A stretch of DNA of 61,616 nucleotides, filler included. It is 15 parts of 15 records of this genome, joined end to end, with 100 filler letters (N's around TTAATTAATTAA, not from the genome) between each part and the next. Parts side by side here need not be neighbours in the genome. Positions count along the whole stretch, not along the records: positions 48,849 to 52,812 come from SRR15195285_17077; positions 52,913 to 56,857 come from SRR15195285_17094; positions 56,958 to 61,616 come from SRR15195285_17232; 12 more parts are not named here. One strand, written 5' to 3'. Each line of letters starts with the position of its first letter. Position 1 is the stretch's first letter. Shown piece after piece: positions 48,849-60,352 of this stretch. Under the pieces are notes generated by a model. It saw only the letters and a program-made list of their open reading frames with translations. It ran no database searches and was not told where the DNA came from. The position numbers and the translations under genes are program-made.

Positions 48849-51340
48849 CCGCCGCCGCCGCCGCCGCCGCCGCCACCGTGGTGGCGGCAGCGCCAGGCAG
48901 TGCACAGGCCGAGGGGCCTGCGGAGGAGGGAGATGCCGAGGGCGGCATGATCGAGGACGAGCAGCCGGGAAGCTCGGGGAGCGAGCACGAAGACGGCGAG
49001 GACGACTACGAGGCGGTCAGGCGCCGGAACATCGAGCGGAACAACGAGAAGCTGCGCGAGCTGCAGCTCTTTGGGCTGTCTTCCATGGCGCCGAAGGGCA
49101 TCACCCCACGCCGCAAGCGGGCCACGGCGGCCCCGCCGGTCGCACCAACCCGCGTCAGTGGCCGCGAACGCAAGCGGTCCCAAGCCGCGGTCCGCGCCGA
49201 GGAATCGGAGAAGGCCCACATGGAGTGGCTGAACGAGGAGAGGGAGAGCAAGAATGCGCGGCGTGCGGCCAGGAAAAACCGAGGCCGATCGAGGGAAATT
49301 TGCGAAGACTGCGAGGTAAAGACCCCGTCGTTCGGGTTGGCTTCCGATCGCAAGCGGCGCTGGTGCCACCCGTGCGCCCAGCACCACAGAGGGGCAGTGC
49401 TGCTGAAAACTCGCACCCTGTGCGAGGACTGCAATCTGGTAGACCCGTCGTTCGGGAAGGAAGGCGAGAGGAAACGCCGCTGGTGCCACGGGTGCGCCGT
49501 GCAGCACGCAGACGCGGTCTGCCTAAAGAGCTCGCACGGTAGGTCGGTCGGCTGGTCCCCGGCAGCCAGGGCGAACATGAAGGCCGCTGTGTATTTGCCG
49601 CGTGGCTGGAGCGCGCACTACCCTCAGCGCACAGCCTGGAACAACGGACCATCAAGGTTGAACGAAAGCCGCGGTCGACAGGGAAGGGGCCCGAAGCAGC
49701 CGATGCTGCCTCCTCCGCCGGTCGTGCAGGGCTACAAGCCTGGTGGGTTCAGCATGCACTACCCTGAGACGGTACGCGCTCCGGTCCGTCCTGGGAGCGC
49801 TCCGGCCGGCCGTGGTGGTAGAAGATCTGCAGGGAGGGCACCTCGTCCGCCGTGCGAAGATTGCTTTTCTAAAGATCCTTCGTTTGGAAGTCGCGAGGAC
49901 CGCAAGCGCCGCTGGTGTCAGAGTTGTGCTGAGAACCATCCCGGGGCCATTCTGCTGAAGAAGCGCACCCCATGCGAGGATTGCCTGGAAAAGGACCCGT
50001 CATTTGGGCTCGTGATTGACCGCAGGCGTCGATGGTGCTACGGCTGTGCGATCCACCACGCCGGTGCAGTCTGCCTCAAGAGTTCAGGACACAATAAAAA
50101 CCCACTCGGCCGGGCCGTCGGCCCGCCGCTTCCAGGGACGCTTCCAGGGACGACATTTCCTCCAGGGACGCTACCGCCACTTCCAGGGAAGCTTCCGCCG
50201 TCAGACGGTCCGCCACCGTCTCAGGGACCAGAGCCGCAATCGCAGCAGCAGTCAGAGGCAGCACGGGCACTGCCCACAAAGGCACAAGCAGAAGCGGTGC
50301 TGCAACCGCCGGACAAGGCTCCAGGGCTGACAGGAACAGAAATAGACGACGATGTGTGCATGGTGTGCAATATTGATGGCCACCATGACAAGTTGCTGCT
50401 CTGCGACAGCTGTCCTGGGGCCTACCATACCTTCTGCATGGTCCCGGCACTGAGCGCGATACCAGATGGTGCGTGGTTTTGTGATACATGCAAGAAGTCT
50501 GGGGTCGAGGAGTGCAAGCCGCTCACCGCTGCAGATGCTTTAGAAGCCGCCCGCAACTGGTACGACAACAAGAGTTTTTTCGGGGTGACAGCAGGTCTTC
50601 GGATGCAGCCGATCAAGGCCTACCGCAATTCTGACGTGGCGTGGTCGATCTCATACACAACCAACCCGCCAACGGAGGGCTCGCCGTATTTCGTGCGGGC
50701 GGAGTTTGTCCGAATGCGGCAGGACGACAACAGCTTCGTTTGGACGCCAGAAATCTTTGACGAGGAGGGCGCCTCGCGTCATCGCGACGGTCACAAGCTG
50801 GAGTCCGCTGCAGTGGCGGGCGGTGCAGCAGCTGCCGCAGCAAACGATGAGGCCAGGAAGGCGCCGGCACAAATGAAGAAGAGACGTGTCGGTGAACGCG
50901 TGATGGCAATGTTTCACGACGCTCACACCTATTTCGCGACAATCGTAGCCGTGCACAAGGTTGAGAAAGCCGACGATGGGAAACCGCCTAGCTACACGTA
51001 CACCATCGATTGGGATGATGGTGACCCAACTTGCCGCCAACGATCTGAGCAGCAGGTGTTTACTCCCGGAGAGCATCCAGACAAAGACGAAGACGACCAG
51101 TATGAGCAGCTCAACGCGAAGATTGAGCCCGCAGTTGCTCCGGTCGCACCGGCTGCTAAGATTGAGCCCGCAGTTGCACCGGCCGCACCGGAAACTGCGG
51201 CAACCACTCAGCCCAGTAACTCTGCTGAAGTTGACTCCTCACAATCTCGCACCGGTCGCGTTAGAAAACGGAAGAAGACATTCGACCCAGAAGTCGAGAA
51301 TGGTAAGCCGCAGTGGGCCCCAAAAGTCAGCAAGAGTTGA
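48849..51340 (+). CDS. Nuclear protein with 4 Cys-rich Zn repeats (EsV-1-7-like), PHD finger and Tudor-like domain; 5' partial
   Basis: CEDC...PSFG....KRRWC..CA x4; CMVC...LLLCDSCPGAYHTFC...IPDGAWFCDTC; VGERVMAMF...YTIDWDDGD. Confidence 0.85.
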
Positions 51341-51562
51341 AGGAGGCGACTACAATTCGGGGCGTGAACTGGCGTAGATGCAACGGCATGTTGGCGAACA
51401 ACGAGTGTGCATCATTTAGTGTGTTGTTCTGTTTTACTCAGCTCATTGTTTTTGGCGGCGCTCCTACTATTGCCTGCCGATCTACTATCCACCTAGCCAC
51501 CTGAAGACCCCACAGCGCTGCGCGGAGCATCCCACAACGATGGAACTACGGCTACGCCATGT

Positions 51563-52543
51563 TCAGTGCCAGATGCCGTGGTGACCGGGCCTGTACTTTG
51601 CATCCATCACAGTGCCGGCAGGGACGAAGTTCTCGAAAGCCCGCTTCGACTCCGTGCTGTTGAGCCTATCCCTCGTCACCTGGGACGGGGATTGTGTCCA
51701 GCGAGCGATGTGCTGAGACAGTGCGTCAGGGTCGCTCGTGAGCTTGGACTGCTTCAGTGCAAATGGCGGGGTCTGCGCGGTTGGCGCGGTGTACGACAGG
51801 CGCGCCGTTGTCGTATACTCTCTGCGGCCACACGAAGCGATCAGCCCCGGTGCTGAGCAGCGCGAGAAAACTCGGCAGGCCAAGGATCAGGACGGAGAAA
51901 TGACCGCGACAAACTTACACGTTGTAAGGCGTGGTGGCGTCGTCTCCGAGCAGGTAGTTGCAGCGTGAAACGGAAGCTGGCGCGACAAGCGGCTTGAGGT
52001 AAGGCAAGTTGAGCGGCTTCTTCACTTCCTTCGGCGCAGTGCGGTCCGCGCCGTGGGTGGACGCATACATGCTCTTCCACCCAGAGACCTGGCCACACAG
52101 CCATGCGTGTTATCTGGCCGCACCACACACAGCCGCGGGTGTGGGTGGCGGGAGCTGTGGAGCAAAGTATAGCTTCACGCACCCCAGCGGACGACCTCCG
52201 CATCTTCGTCTCACGATCGGCGTACTCGCGGTCCGCGCGGTCTTCCACCCAGTTCCTGTATCGCGCAGCAGAGCAGGAGCGTTCAGTCATATCATCGCGC
52301 GAGCCCAGCCCTGCTGCAGACCCATCGCACAGTGGAAAGCACAAGCACACGCAGACACGCCCGCGGCGGCCGCCTTGGGCAGCAGCCGGCACGTGACCAG
52401 CCCGCGCTGCCGCTGCTCAGTCCCACGGCGGCTACAGTACAACTGTGGCGCGCCAGAGTGCACACTCACCCCACCAGCGAGGTCGCCGGGTACGTCCTCG
52501 CGCCGCCACGGATGTGGTTGACATTGATCCCGTTGAACGACAT
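51563..52543 (-). CDS. Probable ciliary microtubule inner protein with NWE motif (CFAP68/CFAP107-like), multi-exon
   Basis: Spliced MSFNGINVNHIRGGARTYPATSLVG|NWVEDR; later EYTTTARLSY. Confidence 0.6.
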
Positions 52544-53073
52544 CGTCAGGCTGCTCAGGACAGACAGCGACACCACCACAGGGATGGACGCGTTCGGAAC
52601 TGCCCGGCAGTTGGCACGGGAGCTTTACAAACTCGTATATAATTATCGATGAATCACTGTAATGATCCTAAGCTAGTACGAAGTTGTTCCGGTTCTAAGT
52701 GAGATGACGGGTTCAACTGTTTTTTTCCTGCGCGGCGTTCCTTTTTGCTCACAAGGGTGGGTTGGATATGGGTTGGATTCTTGTGGAGTATGTAAAACGC
52801 ACTGATAAATACNNNNNNNNNNNNNNNNNNNNNNNNNNNNNNNNNNNNNNNNNNNNTTAATTAATTAANNNNNNNNNNNNNNNNNNNNNNNNNNNNNNNN
52901 NNNNNNNNNNNNGCTGGATGCGCCTGCTACCGGGGGTGCTGGGGAAGCCGCTCGCGGGTGCTGTGGGGCGGTCTCTGGCTGGTGGAAAGGCGTTTTTCGT
53001 TTTTATTTGAGTTTGACCTTGAGGTTCGAATAAATCCGAAATCGCCTCTTTTCGTCGCGATCGCCTCTCTACC

Positions 53074-53518
53074 TCAACGATGGCGCGTCATCCTTGGCGC
53101 GGGCGCGTAGACTACGTTTCCCGAGGGCGGGGCGTCCCACTGCACCTGGTGGGTGTTCTTGTTGATGTAGTAGGGCGTGCTGCTTGAGTAGTGTATCTTA
53201 ATCCAATCTGCGATTCGAACGCAGTAATCCCTTGTGATTGGATTTGTGACAGAGAGTCAGAGAGGCGCAGGCGAAGGGAGGCAGAGCGTTGATCGCACTC
53301 TCTGGTTGATTAGCCGCCACTGCAGTGGGTTGTGGAGTCGGCTCCGGGCTGGTCTGTGTTTCTCCGAGGGGGGAGAAGGGAACAGTCAGGTCAATCGCGG
53401 CGTCTCTGGTGGTGGCGTGCTTGATGGTGGTCTCCTTGGCAGATGCAATCGGCACGTCGTGAGAATCATGTACGCGCTGCATGAGCCGCCGCCACGCAAC
53501 CGAGCACCTGCTGTCCAC
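53074..53518 (-). CDS. WW-domain-containing 3' gene part (upstream exons unresolved)
   Basis: Exon starting 53207 reads WIKIHYSSSTPYYINKNTHQVQWDAP; GTGCG...CAG intron upstream. Confidence 0.5.
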
Positions 53519-54728
53519 TCAGGGGTCGACCAGAGCGTGGGGGAGAGTGCAGCTAAGGCCACAGGACTCGCAAGGTCGGCAGGTACACGTGTTGTGCTGG
53601 GCGACCTGACTGCTGGCTGGCAGCGTTGCAGGCATGGTGCCGGAGATCCGGCTGAAGCCGATGAGCATGGCCAGCTGCTCGTATCAGTGGCCGGGACGCC
53701 GCTGGACGCCTGGCTGGTGGTGGCCGTGAGCCTACGGAGACGGTGGAGCGCACAGGTCAGTCACGGCAGCCGGCAGTGGCAGCAGACAGCAGACAGTCAG
53801 TGGCAGCAGCAGCAGCAGCGGTGGTGGAGCAGGTAGCCACCAGCAGCAGCAGGCGAGGCTGGTGATGCCACGAGCCAGCCTGTTCGAGCCTGCGCACGCA
53901 GCCAGATGGCTCCGGGTGCCGACCGCGGTTGTCCGGGGCCGGCGCGGTGCGCGCGGAGCAGCCGAGCGCGGCCACAGCGCGGCCGTGTGCCGAGGGCACG
54001 AGCGTGGTCACGAGCGCGCGAGCGCCAAGGTCAAATTCGCCGGTGGTGGAGGTCAAATTCGCGGCGGGTGGCGGGCCGGCAGCGGCGGCTTGCAGGCGGC
54101 CCCGGCGGCGACCCGCACATCGCCGGATACCTTGGCTCCTGGCCCGAGGGCTGGCAGCAGCGGCGCGGGTCACAGAGCCAGCCGTGGCTCCGTCGTCCAC
54201 CGTCGCTCCGGAATTTCGGATGAACTGCCCCCGAATTTGACCTCCCGAGCGGATTAATCGGAATTGCATGAGTACTGTACGCAGCAGTACGCCGTACCGT
54301 ACACGGTCATCGACGGCCACGCAGTTCTGATGCAATCACAGTGCCCAGATCTAGTACCATGTTGTTGGGTCAAGCAGCTGAAACAAGGTTATCAAGTTAC
54401 ATTTGTGTTTTGCCGCCGCAGTGCAGCCGCAATGCGTCGTTGGGCACTGCCCACCCAGATCCAGTGCTGCACCCCGAGACCTGAGTTGGCCCCATGCCCC
54501 AGCCGGCTGGTCATGGGGATGATGTTGTTGAAATTGAAACCAACTGGCGGTGCCGTAGTGTACGTAGGTGGCACCAGGTTGCTGCTGCTACTGCTGCCGC
54601 TGTTCTTTTCTGTTGTTGCTGCTACATTGCCAGTGTGTATGCAGTACCGTACGCACCGCAAGCTTCGCAATGCTTCGCAGCAGCTCGTCTGCATGTCCAT
54701 CGCACCCCCACAGCACCCAGCCAGTCAC

Positions 54729-54815
54729 ACGCCACTCGCCCTCGTACCACACGCCGTCGGGCCAGGTAAATGTGCCAATACCGTGCCACTCGCCCTCGCG
54801 CCACTCGCCCTCGTG
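54729..54815 (-). pseudogene. Isolated MORN-repeat fragment (mini-exon or relic)
   Basis: HEGEWREGEWHGIGTFTWPDGVWYEGEWR with an in-frame stop shortly upstream. Confidence 0.5.
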
Positions 54816-55311
54816 CCGGGTCAGCTCGAGGCGCTGTTCGACATGTGCACCAGGCCGTTACCGGATTTCCCTATGATTCTGGGGGGTGGGGTGGGTGGGT
54901 CAGGAATTCTGTTCATTGGGTGGGTGGGGTCTTCGGGATGGTGTCGCAGTAAGGTGGGGACCCCGGCAAAAGAACATAACCCAGCCGCATGCAGCCCCCG
55001 CCCGCGGAGCCGCGCGCGCGCGTGGGCGTGCGCGCGCGTGGGCGTGCCGGCGACCCGCAACTGCGACTGCGGCGTGCTTGCTGTCGGTGCTGTCGGGGGC
55101 GGAGCCGACACTGCATGGCGGAAGCGGCGAGGTGAGGAGCAGCAGCGAGTGGACGCCGAGTGCATTTGGCTGTCGCTGTGCTTTGCATGCCTGCTGGCTA
55201 ACAGCTGATCCATCTACCACTGCGGTGGCGGTGCCGGCGAAGCTGCTCCACAGCCTGTACGCGCAGTCGCAATCTCGCAAGCACTCAGGGGTTTATCTAG
55301 CGTGGCTGCTA

Positions 55312-56736
55312 ATGCCGTTCAAGCCAGCAACAGCGGAACAGCAGCTGGTGGCCATCGGTCTCGGTGCCGACAAGAACCCCCGGGACGGCTGTTACAAGGT
55401 AGACCAGTCGTCTATGACGCACTACCCGCGCAAATGTATCACGGACTCGACCTTTCGTTCCGAGCTCAAGGCTGCTCTTCAGCCAACCCCGGCTTGCTTC
55501 TGCTGTTTAGGCAAGGCCAAGCCCGGCGAGTGGTTGGACTGGGCGATGGAGCCCGGACAGAGCTTTGACCAGTACGCGAGCAGTGGTCCGCCGCGCCCAT
55601 CACGGGAGCGCGACACTATCTATTTGTTGCCGCTGACATTAGCCGCAGAGCAGCGGACGAGATCGGGTGATCTAGAGCCGGAGCCCGAGTCGCAAGCGGA
55701 TGAGCAAATGATGGGTGGCACGCTGCCCCCGCTGGAGCCGTTGGTGAAACTCGTGCAGGCCTACTACCAGCTCGAGGTTCGAGTGCTGCCGCCACTGCTT
55801 CTCTCCAAGTTGCGCCCAGCTCACCGAGGCAGCGGAACATCAACGCAGTACGACGCTACGTCGATCCTCGTGGGCCTAAAGAAGATTTTACCGCCAGATG
55901 CGCACACATTGTGTGCTGTAACTATGGCAGATATATGGCACGGTGACCTACTCTTCGTGTTTGGATGTGCAAACCTCGAGTCGCGCTGTGGCGTATTCTC
56001 GTTCTGCCGTCAAGACCCTACGTATTATGAGAGTGTCCCGAGGAAACGTACTGTGGCGGAGCAGCAGCTACTCTATCAACGCGCGAGCAAGACTGTATGC
56101 CACGAGATTGGACACACCTTCGGTATGCAACACTGCACGTTTTATCAATGTCTTATGCAGGGTAGCAATGGATTGGACGAGACAGACGGTCGCCCTATGC
56201 CACTTTGTCCTGTTTGCTTGCGGAAGCTTCTTTGGAATCTCAACACTCCGGCTGAAACTGCTCGAAATTCGCGGGAAGCCCGCGAAGCTCGGAAAAAGGT
56301 GGCAATCTCAGCTGTGAATCGTTACGAAGCGTTGCTGGCGTGCTATACCGAGCAAATGGAGTCGGTCTGCCCAGCGTTCCACGTCGAGGCTGAGTGGATC
56401 TCGAAGCGCTTGGAAATCATCCGTGCAGGAGGAGCCCAGGCCGCCTCCAGCGGCGTCCGCGCGCCTGGTTTGAGCATGCTGAGCGAAAGCCCGACTGTGT
56501 TTAAGAGTGTCAGTACCAAACCACTCGCGCTGCGCTCGGCAATGGACAAATCCTCGGCCCGTCTGGGCGCCCTAGCACCTGGCCAGCGTACGATGGCACT
56601 AGAGTTGGCACGCACTACATCAGGCACAACACGCGTAAAGACTGACGATGGATGGGCAACAGCGGTCACCAACACTGGAAAAGTGCTAATGCGAACGTGC
56701 AGCGGTGGTGGCGCTCCTATGACCAATGGCTCCTAG
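55312..56736 (+). CDS. Archaemetzincin (peptidase M54)
   Basis: EPGQSFDQY, FVFG, GVFSF, HEIGHTFGMQHC...CLMQGSNGLDETDGRPMPLCPVCLRKL. Confidence 0.92.
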   Translation: MPFKPATAEQQLVAIGLGADKNPRDGCYKVDQSSMTHYPRKCITDSTFRSELKAALQPTPACFCCLGKAKPGEWLDWAMEPGQSFDQYASSGPPRPSRERDTIYLLPLTLAAEQRTRSGDLEPEPESQADEQMMGGTLPPLEPLVKLVQAYYQLEVRVLPPLLLSKLRPAHRGSGTSTQYDATSILVGLKKILPPDAHTLCAVTMADIWHGDLLFVFGCANLESRCGVFSFCRQDPTYYESVPRKRTVAEQQLLYQRASKTVCHEIGHTFGMQHCTFYQCLMQGSNGLDETDGRPMPLCPVCLRKLLWNLNTPAETARNSREAREARKKVAISAVNRYEALLACYTEQMESVCPAFHVEAEWISKRLEIIRAGGAQAASSGVRAPGLSMLSESPTVFKSVSTKPLALRSAMDKSSARLGALAPGQRTMALELARTTSGTTRVKTDDGWATAVTNTGKVLMRTCSGGGAPMTNGS

Positions 56737-56829
56737 GGATATGGCATGCTAGCGACAGCACAACTGCTATTATGCCCAGTGCCAATCTAAAATTATAGCC
56801 CCTCTCAAAATTAAAGATGTATCTAGGTC

Positions 56830-56857
56830 TGACACCGGGCATAAGGCCTTATGCCCG
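56830..56857. repeat. Palindromic dispersed repeat, copy 3 (at contig edge)
   Basis: TGACACCGGGCATAAGGCCTTATGCCCG. Confidence 0.85.
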
Positions 56858-57003
56858 NNNNNNNNNNNNNNNNNNNNNNNNNNNNNNNNNNNNNNNNNNN
56901 NTTAATTAATTAANNNNNNNNNNNNNNNNNNNNNNNNNNNNNNNNNNNNNNNNNNNNGTGTGTGTGTGTGTGTGCGTGCGTGCGTGGGTGTGGGTGGGTG
57001 TAG

Positions 57004-57643
57004 GATTTCTTCAAGGTGGCAGTGTCGTTCTGTGGGAACCATGACAACCGTGGCTACAACGCTGGGTGGGGCGAGACGTACCACGGAAAGCTTGTTGCCA
57101 ATGAGGACAGCGAAGCGGAGGTGCACGACAACTACGAGACTGCTTCGAATCAGTACTATGCGAAGAATCTTGTCGGCAAGCTGCTGCTAATTCACGGTAC
57201 GGCGGTTAAGCATTCTGTTGTGGACATGGCGTACTCTACGCTGCTCCATTCAGGCTTGCGCTAATGATTGATTTGACTGCAGGCGAGATGGACGAAAACG
57301 TGCATTTCTCACTGAGCATGAAGGTTGCGAATGAGCTGATCAAGGAAAATAAGGACTTTGATATGCTCATCGTGCCGAATACTGACCACTCCGGTGCGTG
57401 CATTCTATTCACTCCAGCGATGCCTTCCTCCTCCTGTTGTCGTGTTCCTGCCAGAACGTTGGCTCGGGCAGACCACATCTGCTCACGAACACCTCCTGCT
57501 CCTTTGTTCTGCGTGCGTTAGGCGTGCGTGGCCCGTACGCGGTCCGTCGCATGTGGGATTACTTCGTGACACATCTACAAGGAGAGACACCACCGAAGGA
57601 GTACGAGATAAGCGGAGGGGGCGAGCGGGTTGTGACCCATTAA
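57004..57643 (+). CDS. C-terminal exons of an S9 (DPP-IV-like) serine peptidase; 5' partial
   Basis: AVSFCGNHD, NLVGKLLLIH|GEMDENVH (catalytic Asp), DFDMLIVPNTDH (catalytic His), RRMWDYFVTHL. Confidence 0.88.
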
Positions 57644-57861
57644 GTAACGAACCTGGACGAACCTGCGAGAAAGCTTCTGACAGTCGTTGGTCGTGATCTC
57701 ATTTCATTGGCATAGTGAGTAATAGTATAACAAGACACAAATTATACATTACTATCAGAAACACAGCGCTGTCCAGCTGGCTGCACGAGTTCGTCCATTT
57801 TCGAGCAGTCAACTACAATCGAAACGTAGAACGACCCATTTAGCGTTTTGTGGTTGCTGCA

Positions 57862-60352
57862 CTATATCTCGACGACACTCTCCGCCGCCGCTCCGCCCGC
57901 AGCTCTCGGCTCGTCTGGTGCTAGCGGGTTATCCATACTCGAATCGCTGCGACCACTCCCAGGGCCAGATTCTTCCACGTCAAATGTCGGCATGGCCTGT
58001 GACGGTGCACCTGGCATGCGTCTGCGAGGTCCGCCGGTAGCACGCTCCCTAAACTCTTCTGGCTCTTTGTCGGTGTGCCGGAGTGTGATCTGAAAGTTGC
58101 GATCAAACTTGGCGTGCTTCTTCATGTCTTGGTGGCATTTGTCGATCTCAGGTTTGCTGAGCACCGTGATGCCACCCTCCAAGAATGATGTGTTCAGCCA
58201 GAATGAACACATGGTCTTATCCTTCGATCCGAAACCCTTCGTCTTCAACTACAAGGATGGCAAAGAAAGATGGGGACGGGAAGGGGTGAGAATAAGTATA
58301 CAATCGAACAAGTCGGGCGGGATGGAGACTCTCCGTACGGATCGAGGATCACACAAAGGGTTGGGGTAGAAAGCAGCTTACCTGGAAGAAGATATCACCC
58401 TTCAGCTCGACATTCAATCGCAGATCGTCGCTGTGCGGGAACTCGAAGTCATTCTCACGCCTATAGTGCTTGACTGCCAGCACTTGCTTTGAGTCAAATA
58501 GCACCTCGGTTCCATACTCCTCAGTACCGTCAATCTTGCCTGTCCCGTTGCCCCACGTGGCCCTGCTGATTACAATGTAGGGCTGGCACCCTCCGTCCGG
58601 GTCGAACTGAGGGACCGAGGTAATATGGATGTGCGTCAGATACACTGTTTGTGGCTGGCGTAGAGATCCCTCGTGCATGCACTGAGCAAAGTAGTGAATG
58701 TACCGCTGCTGCGAAGGTATCGTAACCCCCTTCCCATTTGATGTGCGGCAGCGTCCGTAGTACTCGAGCGCGTCCTTAGTGGTATCAAATTGCGAAGCGT
58801 AGGCAAAGTACGCGCATATGACCGTGCCCGTACGCCCCTTCCCAGCCTTGCAGTGTATCGCGCACACATTGCGCTCGTCTTTCAGCAACCATGCATCCAT
58901 ATCCTGGCAGCACGCTAGCAGCAACGGTAGCGGCGGTGCGTTGTGGTCCTTGAACCCAAACAGCGCCACTTCGTCCTGAAATTTGCTTGAATCGTACTGG
59001 CGGTCTTTCTCGCAGCACAGGTTGAACACACGGTAGTGTTGTCTGTGCTTCAGCTCCAGGAAGCGCTGCACCTCCGCCATCGGGTTCCTGAACGCGGCCT
59101 CCTTGCCCTCCGTGGGGAACCCCATGGCAAGGATGCGATCCGTAATATACGTCAAGTCAAGATCAAACCCTTCCTTCTGGTAACGTCGCTTCTTCTTCGA
59201 GACAGCGCCACGAATGGTATTCCCTGACTTGGCCTTCTGCTTCTTCTCCCACGCACCCAACACCCAGCTCATCTCCTCAGACAGCTGCTTGTCGCGCATA
59301 TCCTTGGGCAAGATCATCGGAGCATCTTGATCCAGACCGTCGTCAACCTCCCCGTCCTCATCGTTGTCGTCGTCGTCGTCGTCGCCGGGCAGCGTCAACG
59401 GCTTAGGCTTGGCGAGCGGCAGCACAGCGAAGATAATCACGTTCAGCACCATTATCTGTAGCCCACCCACTCGGATGTACGCCAGTGACTCGTACTCGTC
59501 TGAATTGACCCGGATGAGGATCGCCAAAATGATGGTCAGAGCGAAGGCGACGGCGCAGTGCACATTCAGCTGCTTCGCCATGTCGCCGATGGCGTTGTCC
59601 ACCTCTTCGTTCTTCTTGACCACCCGCGCCGTGCGCTTCGCTACCTTCGCTGCGTAGAGCAGGGCCACCGCACCCAGTACGAATTCAACGGCCCAAAACC
59701 ATTGGCTGCCTGGCGACCAGCACGCCCAGTGGGCCTGTGTCCGGCGAAGCTTCTGCGGATAGTCATCGTGGTCCAAGATAGGCATTGACGACGCCCCGTA
59801 GATGATGAGGATCACCAGCTGCACGCCGATCAGCGGGGCGAGGCCCATCAGGATCAGCACGCGCGCCGACGAGAGCCGCGAGAAGGTGGCACCCTTGCAT
59901 TGCGAGTTGGCGAGCGCCTCTGTCCGCAGCAGCCGCATCACGATTGCGCCCCACAGCACTGTCATGGACAGCACAGTCAGCGCGTCTCGTGCCCAGCAGG
60001 AGCTGCACTCGCTGCGCGAAATTCCTTTCTGCTCGTTCACCACACAGCCAGACCCAACGTCCAGCATCTCGCTGGCGGTGATGTCGTCGTTGGCCCAGAA
60101 CCACGAGACGCCGAGGGTCGCCGCGCAGCTCGCCAGCACGAGCATCGTGAGCGCTGGGCTCGCCTTCCTGCACAGCGCATCGCTCTGCCGCTTGCTCCAG
60201 GTGATCAGGAACAGCACGGCCACCACCAGCTCCAGCCCCCCCGCCGCCCAACCGAGCACCGTCGGCGCCTCGCCAAGGTCCGCTCGCGTCGCCCCAGCGA
60301 ACTCCCCGGTGTCCACCGCCACGCATGTGCTGCAGTTGCACACACCAGACAT
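57862..60352 (-). CDS. Class C-like 7TM receptor fused to PTEN-type phosphoinositide phosphatase and C2 domain; intron 58249-58381
   Basis: Seven hydrophobic helices, then VSKKKRRYQKEGFDLDLTYIT, FKDHNAP, HCKAGKGRTG, GVTIPSQQRY; C2 LKGDIFFQ|LK...MCSFWLNTSF...KPEIDK. Confidence 0.9.

Noticed and set aside
54264-55311. 314-aa ORF and the N-terminal extension of the archaemetzincin ORF
   Set aside because: GC-rich promoter-like DNA with non-protein-like composition; the peptidase most plausibly starts at ATG 55312
4269-56957. Regularly recurring TTAATTAATTAA blocks as a repeat or CRISPR-like array
   Set aside because: Synthetic six-frame-stop spacers flanked by N runs; ORFs ending in X...LIN are artefacts
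56958-57000. GT microsatellite (and GGA/CCG runs at other contig edges)
   Set aside because: Ordinary simple repeats that explain assembly breaks
58349-60352. Voltage-sensing phosphatase (VSP/TPTE) call
   Set aside because: Seven rather than four helices, no RxxRxxR S4 segment, and PTEN-type HCKAGKGR
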